From Eledone cirrhosa (Eukaryota), in assembly GCA_964016885.1 (NCBI GenBank), contig OZ024741.1, forward strand, positions 14,508,001-14,572,000: DNA of 64,000 nucleotides, written 5' to 3'. The notes under the pieces are model-generated. The model was not told the DNA's origin. It saw only the letters and a program-made list of their open reading frames with translations, and ran no database searches. Below, in pieces: positions 52,496 through 64,000 of the stretch (positions within the stretch are counted from its first letter, which is position 1; each line of letters starts with the position of its first letter). The position numbers were made by a program, and so were the translations under genes.

Positions 52496-53448
52496 TGTGT
52501 GTCTGTGTGTTAGTGTGTGTTTGTGTGTGTGTGTGTGTTTGTGTGTGTTCGTGTGTGTTTGTGTGTGTGTGTATGTGTGTGTGTGTTTGTGTGTGTTTTT
52601 GTGTGTGTGTTTGTGTGTGTGTATGTGTGTATGTGTGTATGTGTGTGTTTGTGTGTGTGTGTGTGTTCGTGTGTGTCTTTGTGTGTGTGTGTATGTGTGT
52701 GTGTGTGTGTGTGTATATATATGTGTGTGTGTATTTGTGTGTGTATATGTGTGTGTGTTTGTGTGTGTTTGTGTATGTGTGTATGTGTGTGTGTGTTTGT
52801 GTGTATTTGTGTGTATTTGTGTGTATTTGTGTGTATGTGTGTGTGTATGTGTGTGTGTGTTTGTGTGTGTTTGTGTGTGTGTATGTGTATGTGTGTTTGT
52901 TTGTGTTTCTGTGTGTGTATGTGTATGTGTGTTTGTGTGTGTTTTGTGTTTTTGTGTTTTTGTGTGTTTGTGTGTGTGTTTGTGTGTGTTTGTGTGTGTG
53001 TTTGTGTGTGATTGTGTGTGTTTGTGTGTGTGTATGTGTATGTGTGTTTGTTTGTGTTTCTGTGTGTGTATGTGTATGTGTGTTTGTGTGTGTTTTGTGT
53101 GTTTGTGTGTTTGTGTGTGTGTTTGTGTGTGTTTGTGTGTGTGTGTTTGTTTGTCTATGTGTGTGTGTTTGTGTGTGTGTGTGTTTGAGTGTGTTTGTGT
53201 GTGTTTGTGTGTGTGTTTGTGTTTGTGTGTGTTTGTGTGTGTGTGTGTTTGTGTGTTTGTGTGTTTGTGTGTGTGTGTTTGTTTGTCTATGTGTGTGTGT
53301 TTGTGTGTGTGTGTGTGTTTGAGTGTGTTTGTGTGTGTTTGTGTGTGTGTTTGTGTTTGTGTGTGTTTGTGTGTGTGTGTGTTTGTGTGTTTGTGTGTTT
53401 GTGTGTTTGTGTGTGTGTTTATATATGTGTGTGTGTTGTGTGTGTTTG

Positions 53449-53481
<33 letters not shown>

Positions 53482-53515
53482 CTGTGTTTGTGTGTTTGTG
53501 TGTGTGTGTGTGTGT
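51970..53515. repeat. Degenerate (GT)n/(GTTT) microsatellite
   Basis: Direct reading. Confidence 0.95.
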
Positions 53516-53843
53516 ATAACATCTGTGAACCGTGTGGGGGTGTGGTTCCTGTATCAGTACTGACAACAATGAGAATATAGTTGTTAAAAACTAAAACAAA
53601 CGGCAACGGGTTGATGACACAGCTATCTTGTCACGCCTGAAATAATTAATTTATTGAATGAGAAAGGTGTATCTATTGTGATCGTGGGTGTGGAATCATT
53701 TCAACGGTTACAAAACATATTGAAATATTGATTTTGTGTCCATTTCGAGATTGTATTCTCTTACATTCACTGCCTTTCACACATACATGCATACATATAT
53801 ACATACACACACACGCATATATATATATATATATATATATCTA

Positions 53844-55147
53844 CAGAGTGGGGCATAAAATCTGTTACAAAATAAAATGCAAATAGTTCTTGAATAAAAC
53901 ATTTATTTCCAGATCTGACTCCAACAAATACTAAGTAATATACTATTAAACAACTGCACAAAAATCTATTCGAAATGCTTTTCTCTAGCTCTCACTACCG
54001 CTCGAAGTCTTCTAGGAAAGTCTTCGATGGCTGCACGAAGAGTTTCCATGGCTATTTTCTCCCATACTTTATTCAGTTTTGATTTTAGAGTTTCAATATT
54101 TTACCTAGGAGTAGAGCAGGCTTCACTCTCAAGGATTGACCATAAAGAAAAATCGAGAGGGTTGAGATCAGGTGATGTGGGAGGCCACTCTTCCTTACTG
54201 ATCCATGCAGGACAATGGTCTCAACACCACTGTTGTGTTACGCGAGCAGTGTGGCTTGTCGCTCCATCTTGTTGGAGAGTCAAAATGTCATCGCCATAAA
54301 CAGATATGCATCATGGCATCATTGCTCCTTCCAAAATATCCTTTATGTAAAATTCTTTGTTAATTTTAACTCCTTCAGGCACAAAAATCAGAGGAGACTT
54401 CCCTCTTTCAGAAATGGCTGCCCAAACCATCACTGATTCTGGTTTCTGAGTTCTGAACACTTTTCCTACACTTGAAGGAATCGATTTGTGACTTTTTGCA
54501 AGTACTCCATAATTTTGATGATTGTGAGACTGCTGCACAGTGAATAACTTCTCATCTGTAAAGATGATGTTTTGCAGCGTGCCATCTTTGATATGGTTCA
54601 ATAACAGTTTACTTCTGGAGAGCCTCTTTTCAATTGTGGCTGCAGAAAGAAGCTGCATCTTTTGGAACTTATAGGGTGACATCCCCAGATCATCTCGACA
54701 TATACTGCGCATAGTTCTCGGCGATGTTTCTGCTTCTTCTGCCATTTTTCTATGGACCTTCTTGGATTACGCCTTATTTTTTCCCTCACACTTTTAACGA
54801 GTTTTGGTGTTCTTGAGGTGCGAGGGCGTCCGGATTCAGATCTGTCTTTGGTCGAGGAAGTTTCCTTAAATCGATCGATTGTCCTTTTGATCAACATTCT
54901 ATTGATCTTAAGAGTTTTCCCCAGTTTAAATATCTTGGGTGGAGTCAGGCCTTTTTCATGCTTCTCTATTATGAACTTTCTTTTCAATTCTATGGACATT
55001 GCAAATTGTTAATGGTGTAATGTTCTGAAAAATGGTTAATATGGTTATAGTGCATGGATTTGATACAAATATATTAGTTATATTAGCAGCATAATGTATG
55101 TTTAAAATTGATTTAAAACTTTGGAACAGGAATTATGCCCCACCCTG
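53844..55147 (-). mobile_element. Full-length decayed Tc1/mariner, maT (DD37D) family
   Basis: TA TSD, ~28-bp imperfect TIR cag[a/g]gtggggcataa; IIFTDEK, VMVWAAIS, QQDGATSH...SPDLNPLD with 37 residues between the last two Asp; frameshift and stops. Confidence 0.9.
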
Positions 55148-55180
55148 TATAAAGAATCTAGCTAAACAAATTCAAATACG

Positions 55181-55260
<80 letters not shown>

Positions 55261-55353
55261 TAAAACAGAAAACAAAAACAAAGAGAAGAGTGCAGTACAA
55301 AGTGTTAGTATTAGGTTCACGGTTGAGAGTATACACACACACACACACACATA

Positions 55354-55470
<117 letters not shown>

Positions 55471-56353
55471 GTTGTGTATAATGGTAGCTATGGTGCTTCC
55501 ATAGGCAGTATGCCAAAATTAGCACTCGATATTCAGCAGAATAGAGTGGAAATAGTATAAAGAAAACGAAAAATCAGTGATGCATCTGGACTTAATTTAT
55601 TGCGCGTTACAATTGTTTCGCCGGCAGGTAGCTCGAGACATGGTCCTTGTATGGATCTGGCTGATTCTACTTCTGCAGGTTCTTTCAGACACGGGTATTT
55701 CGTTCGGAGCAAATTTTATTACTGGGGTGTTATCATCAAAATACACCCTCAAAATCCCTACTTCCACTCTTGTCATGCCATTGGCTGCTTTTACTCCACG
55801 CCATCACAAGTTCTGGTCCCTATTTACTGCCGCACAGGTCATCAGCCATTTTCCGTCCGACACATTTCAATGGAGTCATGCTGGGTTCAGTACCTCACAC
55901 GTCTGTGCACACTTCAGAGTAAGCACCCACACATACTAATTTACACACACATATACACACACATGCAGACAAAGATACATTCATGCATACACACACGTAC
56001 GCCTACATGCGCAGATACCCCCACCCCCATACATATACATATATGTATATATACACACACACTCTCTCCCTCACTTCCACGGACCCAGTCACACCCACTT
56101 GTAGATACATATCGCCACAAGCCTTATAACGGCTGCTTAGTTCGCGCCATGTAACCGGTGGGATAAGCATGGCCTACTCAAACATACACATATATACATA
56201 CGCGCGCACACATACATACGCACAACCTAATATACATTTATATATATATACACACTCATACACAGACATATATACATACACACATACATACACATACATA
56301 CATATACACACACATATGTATATATATATATATATATATACATACACACACAG

Positions 56354-56397
<44 letters not shown>

Positions 56398-56804
56398 TCA
56401 CACATGCCCACACATACATACAAAATACACATACGTACACAAAATTACTTCCACACGTACATACACACACATATATATATATACATACATCTATATACAC
56501 AAAAAAACAACCTAACATGTATACGCACAGCCACATATATACATACATATACCTACGCATATGCAGACATATATACATCTACATATGCATACGCACGCGT
56601 GCTGCCACATGCATACACCTGCACATATGCATATTTGCCTACACACACATGTGCTTCCAGATATACATATATAAACAAAACCGTAAATTAAAAATTAAAA
56701 ATACATTATATAATAAAAAACACAATAAACCATAAAATAACGGTAAAATACCATAACATAAAATATAAAATATAAGGTATAAAATATCAATATATTAAAA
56801 AATA

Positions 56805-56887
<83 letters not shown>

Positions 56888-59181
56888 CACACACACACAT
56901 GTACACAGATTCATACATACATATACGGATATATACAAAGGATATGTGATAGAGTAATACAAAAAGATTAATAGTAATAATAAAAAGCATATATACTCCA
57001 TACATAATCATCCGTACACATTCCTGTGAGATACACATAAACACATACATGTATGCACAAATATACATACACACATATAGAGGCCCACATATTCATACAC
57101 CCGCACCCACACACACATATATATATATACACATATACATATATATACACACTTACTCACCCACACAGACACACCTACTCATACGTGGCTATACGTACAT
57201 ACGCACACATATATAGACATACTTATATATATTCATATATACACACATATATATACACACATATATATACACACATATATATACACACATATATATACAC
57301 ACATATACACACATTCTGCCACATATGTACATACATGCACATGTCTGCACATACACGCGCTTATAAGCTCATGCACACATGCACCCATGCCCATATACAC
57401 ATATACACCCCCCAGCACCCACCCACGTATATATATATACATCTACACACACACATACATATACCTACGCACAGGTCCACACACAAAACACGCGAATATA
57501 AACACAATATGATAATAAAATAAAATAAATAAATAAATTTACAATATTTTAGAGTACATTAAAATCTGCATGTAACTGCATAAATAGGTACAAGAAAAAA
57601 AGAGGTAAAATAAAAAAAACGGGTAAAATAAAAAAAAACAGGGGGAGGGGAGGTACAGGAGAAGGTGCGTGTATCCATGTTATATACTACACACAGGTAG
57701 TATGAGGTGCAAACTTGTGTCCATATATAGAACAGGTAACAGTAACAGAACAATAATAGAACAATAATTGTTTCTACTATTGGCACAAGGCCAGCAATTA
57801 CCCAGTACATTACTGGTACTTTATTTTATCGACCCCGTAAGGATGAAAGGCAAGTTAACCTGGGCGGGATTTGAACTCAGATCGTAAAGGGATGTAACTA
57901 TGCTGGAAAGCATGGCGTCCGACTGTCTACCTATACTGCCAATCCACCGCCCTACAATAATAGAACAATAATGACAGTAATAATCATTACTCCATTCCAG
58001 GGCGTAGGGAGTGCCTTGGTCTTTCAGGTCCCACACCAGGTCCGCTAACCTAGTGGAGTGCCTTTTGCTACGGTCCCTGAAGGAATTCGTGTGATTATAC
58101 ATCCGCGATTTAAAGGTCGTGGATGTTGCGCCGGTGTAGGTGCGATGTGCGTTTTGGGTTGTAACCACACACTTGTATATTAAGTCTTTCATCAAGCATT
58201 TTCCCTGTAGGGGCACCGGGTGCCCGCTCTACAATTACAAGTTCTGCTGTCAGTTCTTGTGCATCCGATGTCCGGGCCTCGATCTGTTATGGCCCTCTCA
58301 AGGTTCCCAGGGTGTTGTTCCGCCGACACTGTTGTCTCCTCCATGCCACTATTTCCCTCTCGGTGCTGGACCATATCGCCCTCCACGGGCGCTCTGGTCG
58401 CCTCGAGGGCCGGGTTGTCATTTGAGGGTAGGTCCATGGGTGGTTCTCCCCGCTCCGAAAGACGGTCACTCTGTCGCCGCGATTGACGGCCAGTGTGCGC
58501 CATCTTCACCGCGTTAGTTTTAACCATGTAGTCGGCCATATTAGGCGCCGTGGAGAAGGAAAATTTCACCGTATGGCGGTTGAAGATTTTGTGGTACTTG
58601 TTTGTCGTCGGAAAGCACTCATCCAACGCTCGGAAGAAAAGTCCTGGTACGTTGGTGCGTACATGCTTGGAGTAAGGCGCATTGAACCAAGTAATGGCCT
58701 TAGATCTGTTCCTTCGTGTGCGTGGATTCTTGTTGTTGTGTCCAGGACTCGATGTCCGTCCAGTGCTCGGCCCAACCACAATTTCATCCCGTGTGTTGTC
58801 TCTGTCTATTTGCCCGCTATGTGCGTCGGGGTTATGTTCTACAGTTATAAAATTACGTCGTTCTATGGGGTCATCTATACGTCTATTCCCCTTAGGTCAA
58901 TGTGATGCTGCTGTCCGTGTTGTAGCACTACAACCAGACTGGTCGTGCTCCCTGGCGTGTGCCCCGTTCGTATTTGTCGAAGTCCTGTCCGTGGTCCCAG
59001 TTGCCGCGGTGTATTCAGTATGCGTGCCAGGTCCATGCCTCCGCGTACTGGGTGGTCTGGCTCTTATGGGTGCCTTTGTCCTACCTCCGGTCGGCCCTGT
59101 GTCATTAATGCTAGTTGTGTTGTTATTTGTGTTCCTGGATACTGCTACCGGGTCAATTCTTCTACCTATGGTTCTTTTTTT

Positions 59182-59228
<47 letters not shown>

Positions 59229-60110
59229 ATGTACGTGTGTATGTAATGTTGTGTACGTATGTGTAATTTGTATGTATGTGTGGGCATTTGTGAGTGTATG
59301 TATATATATATATGTATGTATGTATGTATATATATATATATATACATATGTGTGTGTATATGTATATATGTGTATGTATGTGTGTATGTATATATGTCTG
59401 TGTATGAGTGTGTATATATATATAAATGTATATTAGGTTGTGCGTATGTATGTGTGCGCGCGTATGTATATATGTGTATGTTTGAGTAGGCCATGCTTAT
59501 CCCACCGGTTACATGGCGCGAACTAAGCATCCGTTATAAGGCTTGTGGCGATATGTATCTACAAGTGGGTGTGACTGGGTCCGTGGAAGTGAGGGAGAGA
59601 GTGTGTGTGTATATATACATATATGTATATGTATGGGGGTGTGTGTGTCTGCGTATGTAGGCGTACGTATGTGTATGCATGAATGTATCTTTGTCTGCAT
59701 GTGTGTGTATATGTGTGTGTAAATTAGTATGTGTGGGTGCTTACTCTGAAGTGTGCACAGACGTGTGAGGTACTGAACCCAGCATGACTCCATTGAAATG
59801 TGTCGGACGGAAAATGGCTGATGACCTGTACGGCAGTAAATAGGGACCAGAACTTGTGATGACGTGGAGTAAAAGCAGCCAATGGCATGACAAGAGTGGA
59901 AGTAGGGTTTTAAGAGGGTGTATTTTGATGATAACACCCCAGTGATAAAATTTGCTCCAAACGAAATACCCGTGTCTGAAAGAACCTGCAGCAGTAGAAT
60001 CAGCCAGATCCATACAAGGACCATGTCTCGAGCTACCTGCCGGCGAAACAATTGTAACGCGCAATAAATTAAGTCCAGATGCATCACTGATTTTTCGTTT
60101 TCTTTATACT
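55471..60110. mobile_element. Head-to-head insertion of a third, GC-richer Hydra-like PLE family
   Basis: Inverted arms ~55553-56490 / ~59185-60110; minus-strand ORF remnant 57985-58800 (ITWFNAPYS, CNCRAGTRCP, LIY..YTG, RMYNH); HHRs 55603-55693 (-) and 59971-60061 (+). Confidence 0.85.
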
Positions 60111-60119
60111 ATATATATA

Positions 60120-60154
<35 letters not shown>

Positions 60155-60156
<2 letters not shown>

Positions 60157-61631
60157 CTTAATTGTTTAAGCGTCAGTCATACAAAAGTGAGTTACAAACG
60201 AAACGAAATTTAATTTCGTTTCGTTATTTGTTTTTATCGTCTCCGTTGAACCGGTACTTACTCACACTCTATGCAAATTAGTCTGCCCACTACTAATTTT
60301 CATAGAAAAAGCATATAACGATATGTGCTTTTACGATTCTCTAGAGAGGCCGGAAGATAGGTAAATATTGCTGATGAGTTGTAACAACAACGAAACTAGT
60401 TCAATATTCCTTGTCTGGCTTTCTGGAGAATAGAGGAGAGGTGTTTCCTCAAAAACCAGTATGACTCTAAAAACCGGTTTGTCTGTGTGTTTACATACAG
60501 AATAGCTGGCCACTCACAGTAAAGTGACCAGTGAAAAAACTTGGTACACCTACATATGTATACGTGTGTGTATTCATATACATACTAGTATTTCAGTATA
60601 CATATATGGATGTACATCTTTAACTTAATTGTTTAAGCGTCAGTCATACAAAAGTGAGTTACAAACGAAACGAAATTTAATTTCGTTTCGTTATTTGTTT
60701 TTATCGTCTCCGTTGAACCGGTACTTACTCACACTCTATGCAAATTAGTCTGCCCACTACTAATTTTCATAGAAAAAGCATATAACGATATGTGCTTTTA
60801 CGATTCTCTAGAGAGGCCGGAAGATAGGTAAATATTGCTGATGAGTTGTAACAACAACGAAACTAGTTCAATATTCCTTGTCTGGCTTTCTGGAGAATAG
60901 AGGAGAGGTGTTTCCTCAAAAACCAGTATGACTCTAAAAACCGGTTTGTCTGTGTGTTTACATACAGAATAGCTGGCCACTCACAGTAAAGTGACCAGTG
61001 AAAAAACTTGGTACACCTACATATGTATACGTGTGTGTATTCATATACATACTAGTATTTCAGTATACATATATGGATGTACATCTTTAACTTAATTGTT
61101 TAAGCGTCAGTCATACAAAAGTGAGTTACAAACGAAACGAAATTTAATTTCGTTTCGTTATTTGTTTTTATCGTCTCCGTTGAACCGGTACTTACTCACA
61201 CTCTATGCAAATTAGTCTGCCCACTACTAATTTTCATAGAAAAAGCATATAACGATATGTGCTTTTACGATTCTCTAGAGAGGCCGGAAGATAGGTAAAT
61301 ATTGCTGATGAGTTGTAACAACAACGAAACTAGTTCAATATTCCTTGTCTGGCTTTCTGGAGAATAGAGGAGAGGTGTTTCCTCAAAAACCAGTATGACT
61401 CTAAAAACCGGTTTGTCTGTGTGTTTACATACAGAATAGCTGGCCACTCACAGTAAAGTGACCAGTGAAAAAACTTGGTACACCTACATATGTATACGTG
61501 TGTGTATTCATATACATACTAGTATTTCAGTATACATATATGGATGTACATCTTTAACTTAATTGTTTAAGCGTCAGTCATACAAAAGTGAGTTACAAAC
61601 GAAACGAAATTTAATTTCGTTTCGTTATTTG

Positions 61632-61637
<6 letters not shown>
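60155..61637 (+). mobile_element. Retrozyme-like array: three apparently identical 467-bp units + ~82 nt, one HHR per unit
   Basis: aatattg CTGATGA gttgt-aaca-acaac GAAA CTAG TT caatatt at 60364-60408, 60831-60875, 61298-61342; (TA)n flanks. Confidence 0.92.
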
Positions 61638-61702
<65 letters not shown>

Positions 61703-62327
61703 TAAAAAATAAAAAATAGAATTATAAAAATTACAACACAACAGGCAAAACATAATAGTACCACTGATGAATTCACATGTGTGTGATGAAAGAGCTTTGA
61801 TAGACTATATATATATATAATTATATCTATATTTTTAGCTGTTGTCAATCAATGGTACACATTGATTGCCAGCTAAATTACCTATAGAGATATAAAATAT
61901 ACAGAAGCGAAAACCAACTCAAACCAAACGGTAAGTGTGTTTTATTATATATTTCTGGCAATACTATAACAATATGACCCTCCCCAACTATAACAATATG
62001 GTCGGATAATTGGCGACGAAACCGAGGCATACAAATCTGAGGGCTGTCGTATTTTCCGTAGCAAACATTTGCACCGAAGATATGTGTCGTCAGTTCCAAA
62101 AAGTGTGGTTGTTCCTACACAAGCCGTCACCACTTAAAACAAAACTTTGTGTGGGTAGTTCAACATCAGTTCACTCCCTGAACTTTTGTTGGACACTCAC
62201 ACGTCGCATACCGACGGAGAGTTATCATATATATAGTAATAATAATAAATTTGAAGACTAAAATCCAAATAGGGCTCTATAAGGATAAATATATATCAGA
62301 TATATAAGAACAATAGAGCAAATATTT

Positions 62328-62466
62328 ATTAAAATAACAGATTAAAGTTTAAGCAAAGAATCGCTGCTTTAACCCTTAACGGGATCTTCTGAAAGAGTTT
62401 CAGAAGATCCCGTTAAGGGTGAAAGCAGCGATTCTTTGCTTAAACTTTAATCTGTTATTTTAATAA
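62328..62466. mobile_element. Mini foldback made of two HHR-like (CAGAAGA) motifs
   Basis: agttt CAGAAGA t ccc-gttaa-ggg t GAAA gcag..ttgc TT aaact at 62396-62446; same motif at 35265-35315 and 45112-45162 (-). Confidence 0.7.
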
Positions 62467-62503
<37 letters not shown>

Positions 62504-62620
62504 AAGGCGGTCACCCGGACTGGCAACAGCTAATTTTTTGGCCGCCTTCTCGTCTTGGGCATGTCTCTACTTTTCAGTCCCTTGGATTGTGTCTATTATA
62601 TTCCTTTGTTAAATTACGGA

Positions 62621-62678
62621 ATACCTGATGATGTCACCGGATTCATACTAAACCCGGTCATTGAAATGTTCATAGTAT
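62621..62678 (+). ncRNA. Type I HHR in a ~375-bp element between (TA)n runs
   Basis: atac CTGATGA tgtcaccgg...ccggtcatt GAAA TGTTCA TA gtat. Confidence 0.7.
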
Positions 62679-62873
62679 AATAAACCTTTAAGGAATTACA
62701 CCAGTCCAGCCTCCTGTTATTTTATAATAATTAACTCCGTACTCGCACCGCCAACAACACAAACGAAGACGGGTAAGTTGCATTACGTCGAGTGCTCTCC
62801 ATAATATTACATCAAGGTTGACTATACGGAATGACCAGTTCTATCCAGTGGTGAAGCAACAAACCTAAATGAC

Positions 62874-62950
<77 letters not shown>

Positions 62951-62955
<5 letters not shown>

Positions 62956-63460
62956 TAAAAGATCGGAGGCCGTATTTAGTTAGTTCTGGTTTATTTAAAA
63001 CTCCGTTATACATATTTCACTGAGGACTATCAGTTTAGATAGCCTGAGCTCTTCAGACGGCAAAACCTAAAATAAGCATTGGCAGTTCCTAATAAACGTT
63101 TAAATTTGGCAAAATAGGTCCGCCTATCGAAGAAACAACACCACACCAACGGCCCCCTGTATCATGAAAAGAAAATCTTTTTCGGTGAGATTATTAGATT
63201 TTTCCAAATTTAAGTGTTTCTTAGGAACTTTTAATGTTTATTTTAGGGTTTGCCGTCTGAATAGCTAAGGCTATCTAAACTGATAGCCCTCAGTGATATT
63301 GTGTAAAATGGAGTGTTAAATAAACCTGAAACAACTGAATGTGGCCTCCGATCTATTATTAATATATAACGCTCCGTCTTGTACCATTTATACAGGTCGT
63401 TGATCACTTCTTTTTATCTGCTTCCGCACAACCCTGTTCTGTTAACCCAATATATATACA
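62951..63460. mobile_element. Older foldback element with HHR (63003-63060 - intact core; right arm decayed) and right-hand tail
   Basis: ccgt CTGAAGA gctcaggctatc..gatagtcctcagt GAAA TATGTA TA acgg. Confidence 0.72.
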
Positions 63461-64000
63461 GATCTTACAGGCTTATGGAATCCCCAAGAAGCTAGTGGAC
63501 CTGATATCACTGCACTACACCAACACTGAAGCCCAATTCATTACACCTGATGGGATGACAGAGTTCTTTGAGATACTGGCTGGAGTGCTCCAGGGAGATA
63601 CATTGGCTCCCTACCTTTTTATCATCGTATTGGACTATTGTATGCGCCTTGCACTGGAGAAACACCAGGACTCTGGCTTTACTGTAGCACCGGCTCGGAA
63701 CAGGAGAGTTAAGGCGAAAAAGATATCAGATGCTCAATTTGCCGACGACATAGTTTTGGTGACAAATACAGTGAAGGAGGCAGAGGATTTGATGCAGGAG
63801 GTTGAGACTGTGTCGATGAGTGTGGGGCTGAGAATGAATGAGACTTATACAAAATATCTGGTAGAGAATGTTGAGAAGCCAGAGGGGATCACTAATGTAG
63901 GCGGGAAGCCGCTAGAATTGGTTGAGGACTTCCTGTATTTGGGAGCAAAGATTGGGAATACGGAATATGATGTGATTTAGAGGAAGAGCAAAGCCTGGGC
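63461..64000 (+). mobile_element. RTE-group LINE reverse transcriptase fragment
   Basis: AYGIP, GVLQGDTLAPYLF, QFADD, EDFLYLG. Confidence 0.85.

Noticed and set aside
51741-53606. 592-aa Cys/Val and His/Thr ORFs
   Set aside because: (GT)n translation artefacts
59818-59860. Second CTGATGA in the third PLE's arm
   Set aside because: No properly placed GAAA or stem I; the CTGAAAGA core gives the consistent fold
60331-61447. Repeated 60-aa ORF in the 467-bp units (and 95-135-aa ORFs in the 472-bp units)
   Set aside because: Antisense to the HHR, no recognisable motifs, and not conserved between the two related families
61759-61802. CTGATGA-tcaca/tgtga-GAAA motif
   Set aside because: Mismatched stem I and non-palindromic loop; likely a decayed HHR, too weak to list as a feature

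Overview
Eukaryotic, AT-rich, repeat-saturated animal DNA. The SINE and microsatellite make-up is reminiscent of octopod/mollusc genomes (inference only). There is almost no host coding sequence: only two phase-compatible candidate exons at 786-864 and 2371-2531. The rest is mini/microsatellites and nested mobile elements: RTE fragments, a near full-length L1/Tx1 element in (ATCT)n, an R4/Dong element in (TAA)n, maT(DD37D), hAT, Chapaev-like and Helitron-like DNA elements, and tRNA-derived SINEs. The dominant signal is a (TA)n-associated retro-system. A young, ORF-intact Penelope-like element (RT + C-terminal GIY-YIG, Hydra-clade-like) forms a 7.1-kb palindrome, and two further PLE families are present. 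About ten small non-coding families also sit in (TA)n, most carrying type I hammerhead ribozyme (HHR) motifs (>25 copies found by eye). They include retrozyme-like 467/472/1000-bp tandem units, U3-A8 core variants and HHRs with long branched stem II. They share one insertion rule: head-to-head foldback, one arm keeps a 35-160 nt 3' tail, and the other stops at an internal TA-rich motif. All folds and alignments were done by eye and are not computed.
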